Below are positions 20,698-30,433 of a stretch of DNA of 63,425 nucleotides, piece after piece. The stretch lies in contig JBAXZU010000001.1 in assembly GCA_041670225.1 (NCBI GenBank), positions 1 through 63,425 of the forward strand, in the 5' to 3' direction. The position numbers and the translations under genes are program-made. Each line of letters opens with the position of its first letter. Position 1 is the first letter of the stretch. Under the pieces are notes generated by a model that worked only from the letters and a program-made list of their open reading frames with translations, was not told the origin of the DNA and made no database searches. Source of the DNA: Bacilli bacterium (lineage in GTDB: Bacteria; Bacillota_I; Bacilli_A; RFN20; CAG-288).

Positions 20698-21381
20698 ATG
20701 GAATCTACTGAGAAAATAACAAAAAAGGGACCATCATGGTTCAAAAGATTTAAAAGAGAACATCCGGTTCTAGTCAGAAATATCTGGCAGTTTGCAAAAT
20801 TCGGATTAATAGGTTGGGCTTTGACAATTATTCAGTATCTCGGATATACTTTCCTTCCTCAGGCTTTTGGTATTGAATATGCGGCTATTGATTGGCAGTG
20901 GCCAAAGATTGAGCTTCCTTATGGTGATGGAAAATTCTATTGGACTATCATTGGGTATGATGTTCTTAAAGATGCTGAGGGCAACGCCATAATCGGTGGC
21001 GGATTAGGTTATACCCTTTCTTGGATTATTGTTTATTTTGCCACTCAGATTATCAATTTCCCCTTACAGAGAAATATCACATATAAATCAAAAGGCAATA
21101 TTGGTTATCAGATTCTCTGGTATTTTATTGCTTTGGTATTAGTCACACTGACTAGTAATGCCTTAAATTCCTTATGGATAAAAGCTGCTAGTGAAGTACT
21201 TCCGGCCACGATATATCAGATTGCTCAGACTTTGGCAACTTCCGGAGTCTCAACTGTCGTTTTCTTCTTTGTCTTTAAAATTATCTTCCCTGAGGGAAAA
21301 CCTGATGATCAGGAAGTGAAGAAGAGAATACTAGATGAAAATCTTACTGCCTCAATTCTTAAGGGAATATTTATTGATTAG
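20698..21381 (+). CDS. GtrA-like membrane protein
   Basis: 227 aa. FAKFGLIGWALT... N-terminal helix and INFPLQRNITYKS resemble the GtrA family. Contains an insert relative to typical 130-aa members. Confidence 0.45.
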   Translation: MESTEKITKKGPSWFKRFKREHPVLVRNIWQFAKFGLIGWALTIIQYLGYTFLPQAFGIEYAAIDWQWPKIELPYGDGKFYWTIIGYDVLKDAEGNAIIGGGLGYTLSWIIVYFATQIINFPLQRNITYKSKGNIGYQILWYFIALVLVTLTSNALNSLWIKAASEVLPATIYQIAQTLATSGVSTVVFFFVFKIIFPEGKPDDQEVKKRILDENLTASILKGIFID

Positions 21382-21823
21382 CTTTTGTTCGTAGTTTACA
21401 AAAGAAATCATCAAATAATGTTTTGAATCTCCTGTCATCAATCCTATTGATCATTAACGAATTATCGGTAAATACATGATAGTAAGAAAGAGAACCCTTG
21501 GTTGGGTCATCCTGAATATAGTAAAGCTGGCTCACGCCAGCTTTTATTATGGCTCCAAGACACATCAGACAGGGTTCTAGATCAACAATCAGAATAGAAT
21601 CTTTCAGATAACGGGAACCGGAAATTTCCATACCTTTTTCTAAAGCCAGAATTTCCGCGTGTTTAAAAGGATTATTGCTGGATTCGACCTGATTAGAAAC
21701 GAGTATAGTCTGATTAGAAGGTAAGACTAATAAAGCGGAGACTGGTATTTCACCTTTAAAAGAAGCTTTCAGAGCTTCTTCATAAAGCTGGTCAAGATAC
21801 TCTTTCAACTGATTTCTGTTCAT
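21371..21823 (-). CDS. tadA: tRNA-specific adenosine deaminase
   Basis: Deaminase zinc motifs HAE (KHAEILALE) and PCxxC (EPCLMCLGAI). Start moved to the internal ATG (MNRNQLKEY) because the upstream 33 nt belong to the SRP RNA terminal helix. Confidence 0.85.
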   Translation of the reverse strand: MNRNQLKEYLDQLYEEALKASFKGEIPVSALLVLPSNQTILVSNQVESSNNPFKHAEILALEKGMEISGSRYLKDSILIVDLEPCLMCLGAIIKAGVSQLYYIQDDPTKGSLSYYHVFTDNSLMINRIDDRRFKTLFDDFFCKLRTKANQ

Positions 21824-21835
21824 TTTAATAAAAAA

Positions 21836-21916
<81 letters not shown>

Positions 21917-21989
21917 TATATTTTACATTTTCTTTTTGATTAAGGCAATATTAGGATGGATTTTTCCTTATTTTTTAAAGAATATTGGA

Positions 21990-22409
21990 TTAGAATTCCT
22001 TATGCATCCAGATATGGGGATAGCCTTCATCGGGTTCAAAGTCACCGAAGGTCTGATATCCGCATTTTTCATAGAAGGGAATAGCTCTTTTTTGAGCATG
22101 AAGCCAAAGGGAAGAACCTTTTTCTTCTTTGACTTTTTCTTCAGCTGCAGAAATTAATAGGGATCCAATTCCTTGTTTTCGGAATTCTTTGGTTACGGCA
22201 ATTCTTCCAAGTGTCCATCTTTTAGTCTGAGAATCAATGAAGATACGGCAGGTTCCTATGGGAGTGTCATCAGAGAAGGCTAGAAAATGAATGGCTATGT
22301 TATCGATGGAATCAAGTTCTTCCTTGAATCCCTGTTCATCACAAAAAACCTGAAGCCTGATATTAACAGCATCCTGAGGACGGTAATTGTAAGACTTGAC
22401 TGTAATCAT
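21990..22409 (-). CDS. GNAT family N-acetyltransferase
   Basis: 139 aa. Acetyl-CoA binding motif RKQGIGSLLI (Q/RxxGxG/A), C-terminal FYEKCGY. Confidence 0.8.
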   Translation of the reverse strand: MITVKSYNYRPQDAVNIRLQVFCDEQGFKEELDSIDNIAIHFLAFSDDTPIGTCRIFIDSQTKRWTLGRIAVTKEFRKQGIGSLLISAAEEKVKEEKGSSLWLHAQKRAIPFYEKCGYQTFGDFEPDEGYPHIWMHKEF

Positions 22410-23569
22410 TAGTTCTTTTTCTGTTTAGCTAAGTATTCTTCCATGGCTTTTTCATCAGCCAATTTTTTCTTGAAGGCTTTTGATTGCTTTTCAATGAACT
22501 TACGGTCTTCAAAATAGGTGATACCTAAAGCCCGTCTGACACGGGAGACGGTTTCCTGAGCTTTGGCTCTGGCTTTAAGAGAACCCTCCTGAAGAATCTG
22601 ATAGACACCGGGGATGTCGGCCTCATATTCTTTTCTTCTGGCTCTGATTGGGTCGAGAGTATCATTGATGACCTGAGCTAAGAAAGTCTTTACAATGACA
22701 TCACCAAGTCCGCCTTTCCGATAATGTTCCTTGAGTTCATCAAGGTTAGCATATTCCGGAAGGAACTTTTCAAAATGGCAATCTTTACAGAAAGCATCCA
22801 GGTAAATGAATACTGGGTTGTTTTCGGTATGTCCGGGATCTTCAATCTTCAGATGGGTTGGATCTGTGAACATAGTCATAACCTTTTTGGTTACGGTTTT
22901 GCTGTCATCACTTAAATAGATACAGTTGCCAATGGATTTTGACATCTTGGCTTTTCCATCAGTTCCGGGCAGTCTTTTACAGGCATTGTTATCGGGTTCC
23001 ATGATTTTGCAGGGGACAAGAGTATCGCCGTAGAGGGAGTTGAATTTGTGAACAATTTCATTAGACTGTTCAATCATTGGTTCCTGGTCTTCACCTACTG
23101 GAACAATGGTGGCATCGAAAGCGGTGATATCAGCGGCCTGGGAAACAGGATAGCAAAGGAAGCCGGCAGGAATGGATTCACCAAACTGCTTCTGAGCAAT
23201 TTCGTTCTTGACGGTTGGATTTCTTTCAAGTCTGGAAAGGGTGACTAAATCGAGATAATAAGAAGTGAGTTCAAATAATTCAGGAACTCGGGACTGAATG
23301 AAGATAGTGACCTTTGAAGGATCAATACCACATGAAAGATAATCAAGGGCAACTTCAATAATGTTGTCTTTGACCTTTTGGGGTACACCAAAATTATCGG
23401 TTAAAGCCTGAGTATCAGCAATCATGATATACATTTCATCAAAACCGCCGGCATTCTGAAGTTCGACTCTTCTTCTCAGTGATCCGACATAATGACCAAT
23501 ATGAAGTCTTCCGGTTGGTCTGTCGCCGGTCAGCATGATTCTTTTATTCTGCATTTCCTGATTATTCAT
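22409..23569 (-). CDS. trpS: tryptophan--tRNA ligase
   Basis: 386 aa. Class I motifs HIGH (GRLHIGHY) and KMSKS. About 45-aa Lys-rich C-terminal tail. Confidence 0.93.
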   Translation of the reverse strand: MNNQEMQNKRIMLTGDRPTGRLHIGHYVGSLRRRVELQNAGGFDEMYIMIADTQALTDNFGVPQKVKDNIIEVALDYLSCGIDPSKVTIFIQSRVPELFELTSYYLDLVTLSRLERNPTVKNEIAQKQFGESIPAGFLCYPVSQAADITAFDATIVPVGEDQEPMIEQSNEIVHKFNSLYGDTLVPCKIMEPDNNACKRLPGTDGKAKMSKSIGNCIYLSDDSKTVTKKVMTMFTDPTHLKIEDPGHTENNPVFIYLDAFCKDCHFEKFLPEYANLDELKEHYRKGGLGDVIVKTFLAQVINDTLDPIRARRKEYEADIPGVYQILQEGSLKARAKAQETVSRVRRALGITYFEDRKFIEKQSKAFKKKLADEKAMEEYLAKQKKN

Positions 23570-23600
23570 GGTAGATTAGTCTCCTCCTAATTTTTTGATT

Positions 23601-24485
23601 CTATTTGTTTTTGACAATCTCTTCTAAATAGTTCATAACATCATCTTTGAGATCATCTCTCTTAAGAGAATAGTCAATGATGGCTTTGATATATCCGAAT
23701 TTGTTTCCGATATCATATCTGGTTCCGCTGAAGATGCAGGCATAGCAGGGATTGAGCTTCATGGATTCTTTGATAGCATCAGTTAATTGAATTTCACCAC
23801 CGACACCAGGTTTGGTATTTTCTAAAACGGTAAAGATTTCAGGGGGAAGGACATATCTTCCTAAGACAGCAATGTTGGAAGGGGCAAGTTCGGCAGTGGC
23901 AGGTTTTTCAACCATATCACAGATCTGGAAATTCTTTCCTTCTGCTTTAGCTAAGGGTTTGACAACACCATATTTCTTTAAAAGTTCAGTAGGAACTTCT
24001 TTGCAGCCTAACTGAGTTCCGCCATTAGTTGCATAATAAGCTTCAATCAATTCGCCGATAGCAGATTTATCATCAGAGGTGATAAGATCATCACCTAAAA
24101 GAACAGCAATTGGATCATCTCCGGCAAAGGACTTTGCACATAAGACAGCATCGCCTAATCCTTTAGGTTCTTTTTGATGGACAAAGGTAATGTTTGCCAT
24201 ATTAGCAATATCACGGATCATCTTTGCTTCTTCATCTTTCTTAGAAGCCTTTAATCTCATTTCTAATTCGGCATTAACATCAAAATAGTCTTCAATGGCT
24301 TTCTTTGAGCCAGAAATAATTAAAAGAATATCAGTAATTCCGGCTTTAACGGCTTCTTCAACAATATACTGAAGATTAGGAGTATCGATTATAGGAAGCA
24401 TTTCCTTTGGTAAGGCCTTGGTGGCTGGAAGAAATCTTGTTCCTAGACCGGCTGCTGGAATAACTGCTTTTGTCACTTTTTTCAT
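23601..24485 (-). CDS. galU: UTP--glucose-1-phosphate uridylyltransferase
   Basis: 294 aa. KAVIPAAGLGTRFLPATKALPKEMLP is the canonical GalU N-terminus. Candidate extended -10 TGGTATAAT on the minus strand at 24518-24526. Confidence 0.93.
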   Translation of the reverse strand: MKKVTKAVIPAAGLGTRFLPATKALPKEMLPIIDTPNLQYIVEEAVKAGITDILLIISGSKKAIEDYFDVNAELEMRLKASKKDEEAKMIRDIANMANITFVHQKEPKGLGDAVLCAKSFAGDDPIAVLLGDDLITSDDKSAIGELIEAYYATNGGTQLGCKEVPTELLKKYGVVKPLAKAEGKNFQICDMVEKPATAELAPSNIAVLGRYVLPPEIFTVLENTKPGVGGEIQLTDAIKESMKLNPCYACIFSGTRYDIGNKFGYIKAIIDYSLKRDDLKDDVMNYLEEIVKNK

Positions 24486-24889
24486 TATAAAAACCTCCGT
24501 GTGATTGTGGTAATAAGATTATACCACTTAATCATAATTCTTTCCTTATTGAAAAAAGATGATACTAAAAAATACTAGAAACCGTATTATTTGATTTCGC
24601 TTTCGCTCTCAATAGTCAGTTTTCTTAATTTATATGCTTTTGGGTAATTATTACATTATTTTCTGATATATTTTTGAAAGCTGTTTACAAAGAAATGGTA
24701 GTGTTCACATCATTAAATAATTCGAAAAAGTCAAAAATACAAATCTAAAATTAACGTTTGTGCCAAAATAAATGCCACTTACGCTATATTTACAATTTTT
24801 TATTTTCAATAGATACTCATTTATGATATATTTATATTGTTAAAAAAAGTTGGACGAGAAGCTTTAGAGAACAAAAATTCTCATTGCTA

Positions 24890-24904
24890 TTGTAAACGCT
24901 TTCT
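24890..24904. promoter_or_regulatory. candidate cre (CcpA) site overlapping the promoter of the HPr-like gene
   Basis: TTGTAAACGCTTTCT fits every fixed position of WTGNAANCGNWNNCW. Candidate -10 TATAAT at 24913-24918. Confidence 0.4.
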
Positions 24905-24939
24905 TTTTTAACTATAATAATAAGGAAGAGTAAAACAAA

Positions 24940-25206
24940 ATGACAGAATTTAAAATTAACATTACCAATTTAGGTGGACTTACTTCTAGATCAAGCGCTG
25001 AACTTGTTGAGGAAGCCAATCATCACAAATGTGAAATCATCATGAAGCTTGAAAATGGCGAAGAATGTGATCTCAAGTCTATTATGAATGTTTTTGCTCT
25101 CTCCCCTGTAGCTCAGGGCGATAGCCTTGTCATCACCTGTGAAGGTGCTGATGAAGAAGAAGCTGTTGAAGGCTTCAAAAAGCTTTGTTCAGAATATAGC
25201 TTCTAG
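24940..25206 (+). CDS. HPr-family phosphocarrier-like protein lacking His15 (Crh-like)
   Basis: 88 aa. HPr fold length and Ser46 region LKSIMNVFAL conserved. The active-site G-I-H-A-R-P is replaced by G-L-T-S-R-S (Thr at position 15). Confidence 0.8.
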   Translation: MTEFKINITNLGGLTSRSSAELVEEANHHKCEIIMKLENGEECDLKSIMNVFALSPVAQGDSLVITCEGADEEEAVEGFKKLCSEYSF

Positions 25207-25581
25207 TAATTGATTTACTAGAAATCATAAAACATTTACCAAAAAAGCAAGAATCGATACAAGCAGTTTATTAAACCTCTGCTTATTTATCATCCTCTGA
25301 ATTTGTATATCAATGGCCATGATATAGGTGAGATGGTATGATTCTGGAAGACCCTTTCTTTTAGAGACGGGAATTCTTTACCTACTTTCTTATTTGTCTG
25401 GTTTTAGTATAAGGAAATGTTTTTTCGGGATGTGAAGAAGAGAAGATATTGTTGAGATCTTTTCTATCAGGGATGAATTCGAGAATAAGAAATACAAAGG
25501 AAAAGAGTTCGTTTAGTGCTGTGACTAGCTTTATATGTTTAGTTTCTATTTGGTACTAGCTGAAGTTTAGATTCAAATTCT

Positions 25582-25700
25582 GGTTGATATTAGGTTGATA
25601 TTAGTTGGATATGTTCTGATACGTTTCTATATGATAAGTTACTATATGATACGTTATGTTTCTAGCTGAATTAGTGGATATCCAAATATGAGTGGATATG
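25582..25700. repeat. cluster of short direct repeats (iteron-like) in non-coding DNA
   Basis: GGTTGATATTA x2 in tandem (25582-25603) plus degenerate GTTGGATATG. CTATATGATA(A/C)GTTA x2 in tandem (25627-25656). AGTGGATAT x2 (25673-25681 and 25691-25699). Confidence 0.6.
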
Positions 25701-25773
25701 GGATGGTCGAAACCTTTACTAGGCCTAGATCAGAAGGGAGTGAAGATATTACGTATTTGTTTCTGTTTTTGTA

Positions 25774-25826
25774 GGAGCCCAGACACAATTGTTTAATTGT
25801 TGCTAACTGGGTTCCTTTTTATTTTT
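25774..25826. terminator. hairpin with T-run on the plus strand, abutting the 3' end of the minus-strand gene at 25819
   Basis: GGAGCCCAG (25774-25782) pairs with CTGGGTTCC (25807-25815). Inner ACAATT/AATTGT stem. Followed by TTTTTATTTTT on the plus strand. Confidence 0.5.
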
Positions 25827-26247
25827 CAATTAAATAAGGAGAGAAGATTTTGACAATTTCCTGATAAAAAGGCTGTTTAAAAGGCATAATTCCTTTTAAT
25901 GCCATATAGGTAGCATCATCAAAATCGATAGTAAGGAAGAACTTCAGGACATAGTCCTTAATGGTGTCTTCATATTTATAGCCAGCAAATTCAGTAGTAA
26001 AAGCATCCTTGCAGTCAACTGTCAGGGATTTAACAAGATCATCAAATACTTTGATATCCATGTCAGACTGATTTCCGTTGATGGAAAGAAGAACAGATTT
26101 CCTTCCGGTGACAGTCATGGTAATGTAATCTATCTTGTCGACTGATGACGGTCTTCTTTTCCAAAAGGAAATAGAAGTAATGGAAGTTTCTTTATTTCCC
26201 GGCATTTTCAGAAAATCCTTGGAATAATGAATCAAAAAGCTGGTCAA
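25819..26247 (-). CDS. hypothetical protein (start uncertain; internal ATG at 26205 possible)
   Basis: 142-aa ORF overlapping the upstream ORF by 14-56 nt. No recognisable motif. Confidence 0.45.
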   Translation of the reverse strand: MTSFLIHYSKDFLKMPGNKETSITSISFWKRRPSSVDKIDYITMTVTGRKSVLLSINGNQSDMDIKVFDDLVKSLTVDCKDAFTTEFAGYKYEDTIKDYVLKFFLTIDFDDATYMALKGIMPFKQPFYQEIVKIFSPYLIEK

Positions 26248-26731
26248 GGACTGTAAGATAGGACGGCATTTTACCGGTTGCTGTCTTTTTGATTTCCTTA
26301 ATTCCGTTATTGAAACTGAGAGTCAGTGAGTAATGCTCGGATTCATCCTTGCTTTCCTCATCCCTCATTTCTTCTTCCCAATCCAAGAAGAAGAGCTTCT
26401 CGATAAGAAGAACCTTGATTTGATCAAACATAGGAGCAAAGCCAGTAATTGGCTGAGCCTGAGAAATACTCATTCCCTTGATGATTCGACAGGAAAGGAC
26501 TGTGTCCTTTTCAGTCTGATGGATTTCAATCATTTTGGTAGATCCGTCATGATTTCGCTGATAGACAAAATCAGATAAACCTTGTTCATATTTATGTAAA
26601 TCATTTTCTTCGGGGCCATTAACGCCAAAGTCGTGATTGCAGGCATCACAATGGAAGCCACTGGTTTTCAGTATTGAATCAAAAAAGGTGTAAGTATCAT
26701 CGCTTCCGCATTTCGGACAGATTGTATTCAT
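26192..26731 (-). CDS. hypothetical protein with N-terminal zinc ribbon
   Basis: 179 aa. CPKCG...CDAC motif. ATGA start/stop overlap with the pseudouridine synthase gene. Confidence 0.5.
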   Translation of the reverse strand: MNTICPKCGSDDTYTFFDSILKTSGFHCDACNHDFGVNGPEENDLHKYEQGLSDFVYQRNHDGSTKMIEIHQTEKDTVLSCRIIKGMSISQAQPITGFAPMFDQIKVLLIEKLFFLDWEEEMRDEESKDESEHYSLTLSFNNGIKEIKKTATGKMPSYLTVLDQLFDSLFQGFSENAGK

Positions 26732-27450
26732 AACTGTTCCTCCTTTTTAAGACGGGTAGCAACTAAGAGACTTTCATATTCATCGCTAGTCAGCAAACGG
26801 ATTTTTCCTTCTTCCAGGTCACCTAGTTCAATAGGACCGAAAGAGATACGCTTCAGTTCGACAACATCGTAATTGAACTTTCCGAATATTCTTTTGACTT
26901 CGTGATATTTTCCTTCATGGACAGTAATCTCACAATGATATTCATCAAGAATGACAAGCTTTGCTGAAGCGGCAAACTCACCCCTTCCGATATCAAGATT
27001 TCCTTGTTTTAGGGTTTCAATAAGTTCTGGACGGAGAATATGATTAACGGTAACGGCATAAGTCTTATCTATTTCATATTTCGGATGAGCTAATCTAGCA
27101 TTAAGGACTCCGTTATCAGTCAAAATCAGTAAACCTGTGGTATCAGCATCCAATCTTCCGACCATTCTTACTCTTTTCTGATAGAGGTCTGGTATGAGAT
27201 TCATGACTGAAGGGTATTTTTCATCAATCATTGAGCACATGAAATTCTGTGGCTTATTGATAATGATGGTTGCATAAGGAATATTTTCAATGATTTGTCC
27301 GTCAACTTTGATAATATCGGTTCCGGAAATCTGCATATCATTGACAGTTGTGACTTTGTCATTGACAGCGACTCTTCCGCTATTGATTATCTTCTTACTG
27401 GAATTACGTGAACAAAAACCATGGGTTGCTAAAAATCTATCAAGTCTCAT
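26728..27450 (-). CDS. rRNA pseudouridine synthase, RsuA/RluB family, with S4 domain
   Basis: 240 aa. N-terminal S4 (MRLDRFLA), catalytic GRLDADTTGLLILTDNG, KYHEVKRIF. Confidence 0.88.
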   Translation of the reverse strand: MRLDRFLATHGFCSRNSSKKIINSGRVAVNDKVTTVNDMQISGTDIIKVDGQIIENIPYATIIINKPQNFMCSMIDEKYPSVMNLIPDLYQKRVRMVGRLDADTTGLLILTDNGVLNARLAHPKYEIDKTYAVTVNHILRPELIETLKQGNLDIGRGEFAASAKLVILDEYHCEITVHEGKYHEVKRIFGKFNYDVVELKRISFGPIELGDLEEGKIRLLTSDEYESLLVATRLKKEEQL

Positions 27451-27451
27451 T

Positions 27452-28693
27452 TTATTTCTTTCCTAATAAAGATTTTAATTTATCAACATCTAATCCTGAA
27501 GAAGAACTAGGTTTGCTGACTTCTTTTTCAGCCGGGATTTCCTTTTCAGCCGGAATGGAAGTTTCTGGCTTTTCCTCAACTACGGGTTTATCCTCAATAA
27601 CTGTTTTTTCTTCAGCAATCGGTTTTTCTTCAATCGTAGTTTCTCTTATGGGTTCTGCTTCTTCAGTGAGAACTGAACCATTATCATCTAAAAGTCCGTC
27701 AATCAGTGAGGAATAGTAGCGGTCATTGTTGATGGGAGAATTCATTGGCTGGAAATAATTGATAGGCTGAGAAGTCTTATCCTGTTTAAGGAAGGTAGTG
27801 AAGATGAGGGCAACAGCAATAAAGAAGCTTCCTAAAAGCATGGCTAAAACGACAATTTTGTCGGCATCAGCTGAGGGTGAATAAGTTGGGAAATAAGGTT
27901 CCTTGATTTTGGTTAAGACCAAATAAATAACACCAAAGAGATAGAAAGAAATATTGATTCCGGTTTTTTCTAATGAAAAATTCCTTCTTCCTTTAACATA
28001 GAAAGCAATAATATCTCCGCTTAAGAAACCAAAAGCGATGCCTAAGAGGAAGAAAATGTTTTCTTTGATTCCGGAAAGATAGCTGAGTAAGTTCAGTTTA
28101 TCGGAGAAGACAAAGAATAATCCGCCTAAGTAAATCAAAGTGAAGACACTGATTCCGCTGAACTGAGAAAGGAATCCGCCAATCAGGAAAAGAAAGACAA
28201 CTAAGGCATAGGCACTAAGGGTTGTCAGTTCTCCTACAAAAGAGAAATCAGCAAAATACATACCAAGCATCAGTCCTATAGGAATTATCAGAGATAATAG
28301 GAAGGAAAGCCAGTTTTTTGAAATCTTATGGATGTTTTTGAGTAAAGAAATCAGTTCAGTTAAAAGGAAAACAGCACAGAAAACCAGCATTGGGCCGTTG
28401 AATCCTAAAGGGATGTTAGGATAAAGAGAAGAGAAAGGAATGAGGAAAACAAAAATCAATCCTAAAATAGTTCCCAGCAATAAAGGCCAACGGGTCAGAA
28501 GATAGTTTCCCATTCTTTTTCCGTTGTTTTTTTCAGTATCGGATTCATTAATTCGCATGCAGTTCTTCAGCAGTCGGGTGTTGGTAAACGGAATAACATT
28601 GCAGGCACCTAAAATGAAACCTTCAACCAAACCAACGAATTTCAGGTAAATGCTTTTTGATGGTTTATTTGATTCAGATGTAAATTCATTCAT
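27452..28693 (-). CDS. hypothetical polytopic membrane protein with Glu/Lys/Pro-rich repeat tail
   Basis: 413 aa, about 9 hydrophobic segments. C-terminal EEKP/EKEIPAEK repeats. Confidence 0.5.
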   Translation of the reverse strand: MNEFTSESNKPSKSIYLKFVGLVEGFILGACNVIPFTNTRLLKNCMRINESDTEKNNGKRMGNYLLTRWPLLLGTILGLIFVFLIPFSSLYPNIPLGFNGPMLVFCAVFLLTELISLLKNIHKISKNWLSFLLSLIIPIGLMLGMYFADFSFVGELTTLSAYALVVFLFLIGGFLSQFSGISVFTLIYLGGLFFVFSDKLNLLSYLSGIKENIFFLLGIAFGFLSGDIIAFYVKGRRNFSLEKTGINISFYLFGVIYLVLTKIKEPYFPTYSPSADADKIVVLAMLLGSFFIAVALIFTTFLKQDKTSQPINYFQPMNSPINNDRYYSSLIDGLLDDNGSVLTEEAEPIRETTIEEKPIAEEKTVIEDKPVVEEKPETSIPAEKEIPAEKEVSKPSSSSGLDVDKLKSLLGKK

Positions 28694-28765
28694 ATCTATC
28701 TATTATAAACTATGGAGCATTATTTTCAGCCATAAAAAACACGGAAGAAAGAATTAAAATCAAAA

Positions 28766-30420
28766 TCAGATGATATTGATTCTTCCCTGAGAAGCTGAAT
28801 AGCTTTCCGGAATTGTTCCGGAAAGAGTATTCTGGATGTATTCGAGAAGAACCTGATAATCAAGCATTCCGGAATCGATAACATATTCGTTATCGGAAAA
28901 GATTCCTAATCCATCACCGGAATAGTTTAAAGAATAGTTAGTGGAGGCGAGAGTATAGGTTTTGTTTGGATCAAGGGCAACATAAGTCGAATCATCCTGA
29001 AGAACCTGAATATTTTTTCTCTTCTTTCACCGGTTATTCCGGAAAACATGTTGTTTTCGTCAAGAGTTACTGAGGAAGGAACAGAAACATCAATATCGCA
29101 TTTTAATCCTGATACCTGGAAAAAACCGCCGTTTTCACCAACACTGGTTCCATTGCTGGCTTCTTCCTGAGTAAGACGGTAAGAAAATTCTAGAGCGTCA
29201 GCAATTTCCATACCGGAAGCCTTTACTTCCGATAGTTGGTTTCCGAAAGGATTGACTGCAATAGCATCCCCATAAGTGATATCACCTTGAGCAATATCGG
29301 CTCTGATGCCGCCACCATTACAGAATCCGATGTCAGCATGGCTGATAGAACGATAGGCATCAGCTGTAAAATCACCGATATTGGTTTCACAGTTTCTGAC
29401 AATTCTTACACCATTTTCATTATATCTGGTGAGATTGACATCCGAAGTTCCAATAACAGTATTGATTTTTTCTTCGTATTCTTGTTTGATTCCACTGATT
29501 TTATCTACTATTACCTGATCCTTCTTAGGATACTTGGTAATCAATGAGGTTGAAATAGTTCCGCTTTGGGAGATATTAAGTCTTCCGATAGCATTCAGTT
29601 CAGTTCCGGTAGAAGAAAGAATGACATTCTTTCCATCCAGATTTTCATAGTATTCCGAATTGATAGTGCTATGGGCATGGGCATCAAGGAAAACATCAGC
29701 ACCAGTAGTATTTTTGATAACATCGACGGAAGAAAACGGACTTGATGCATCGTTATTTCCTAAGTGTCCCATAAGAATAACATAGTCAGCATCAGCCTTT
29801 CGGCAGGCATCAATATTATCTTGAATAACTGAATAAAACGTTTCTTTGGTTTCTCCCTTGAAGGAATAAATGAAGTTGCCATCATTATCCATGAAATTTG
29901 TTGGGATGGAGTTGGAAATTGTGAAGGGAGTAGTGATGCCGACAAAACCAACTTTGCATGATCCGTAGTCTTTGATTGAATAAGGGAGGACTTCATCGGA
30001 AAAAGGAGATTCTCCTTCTCCGGTATAGGTAAAATTACGGCTTAAGGCCTGAGCATTCAGCTCATCAGTCAGAGTCACAAGCTGATCCATGCCATAAGCG
30101 AATTCATGATTTCCGTAGGTGACATAGTCATATCCGACAGCATTCATCAAGTCAATAATGTAGGAACCTTTAGAAATAGAACCCATGATATTTCCTTGAA
30201 TGAAATCACCGACATCAACCAAGGTGGTGTTGGGATTAGTTGCTTTGGTATCTTTTAGGTAGGCACTGAGGGTAGCATAACCAAGATTATCGTCGACCGC
30301 ACAATGGACATCATTAGTGTACAGAATGACAACATCGCCATTACTCTTAGTGTTCTGACAGCTGAAAAGACTTAAAGCCATCATCGGAATTAGTAAGACA
30401 TTAATATATTTTTGTTTCAT
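28766..30420 (-). pseudogene. lipoprotein 5'-nucleotidase/metallophosphoesterase (UshA-like), interrupted by a 1-nt frameshift in an A-tract
   Basis: Lipobox LSLFSC. Metallophosphatase motifs TNDVHC, GDFIQGN, GNHEF. After 29013-29018 (A6 on the coding strand) the 5'-nucleotidase C-terminal domain continues in another frame (NIQVLQDDSTYVALDPNKTYTLASTNYSLNYSGDG...) to a TGA at 28766. Confidence 0.75.
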
Positions 30421-30433
30421 TTTTTAAGGGTCT

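Noticed and set aside
23570-23600. T-box leader upstream of trpS
   Set aside because: Only 31 nt separate trpS from galU. No T-box or specifier structure was seen there or upstream of galU. trpS appears to be co-transcribed with galU.
24675-24689. cre-like sequence TGAAAGCTGTTTACA
   Set aside because: The half-sites are spaced one nucleotide too far apart and the central CG is missing. It does not fit WTGNAANCGNWNNCW.
25582-25700. Direct repeats considered as a CRISPR array
   Set aside because: The repeats are 9-15 bp, mostly directly tandem without unique spacers, and belong to three different sequences. No cas genes are present in the window.
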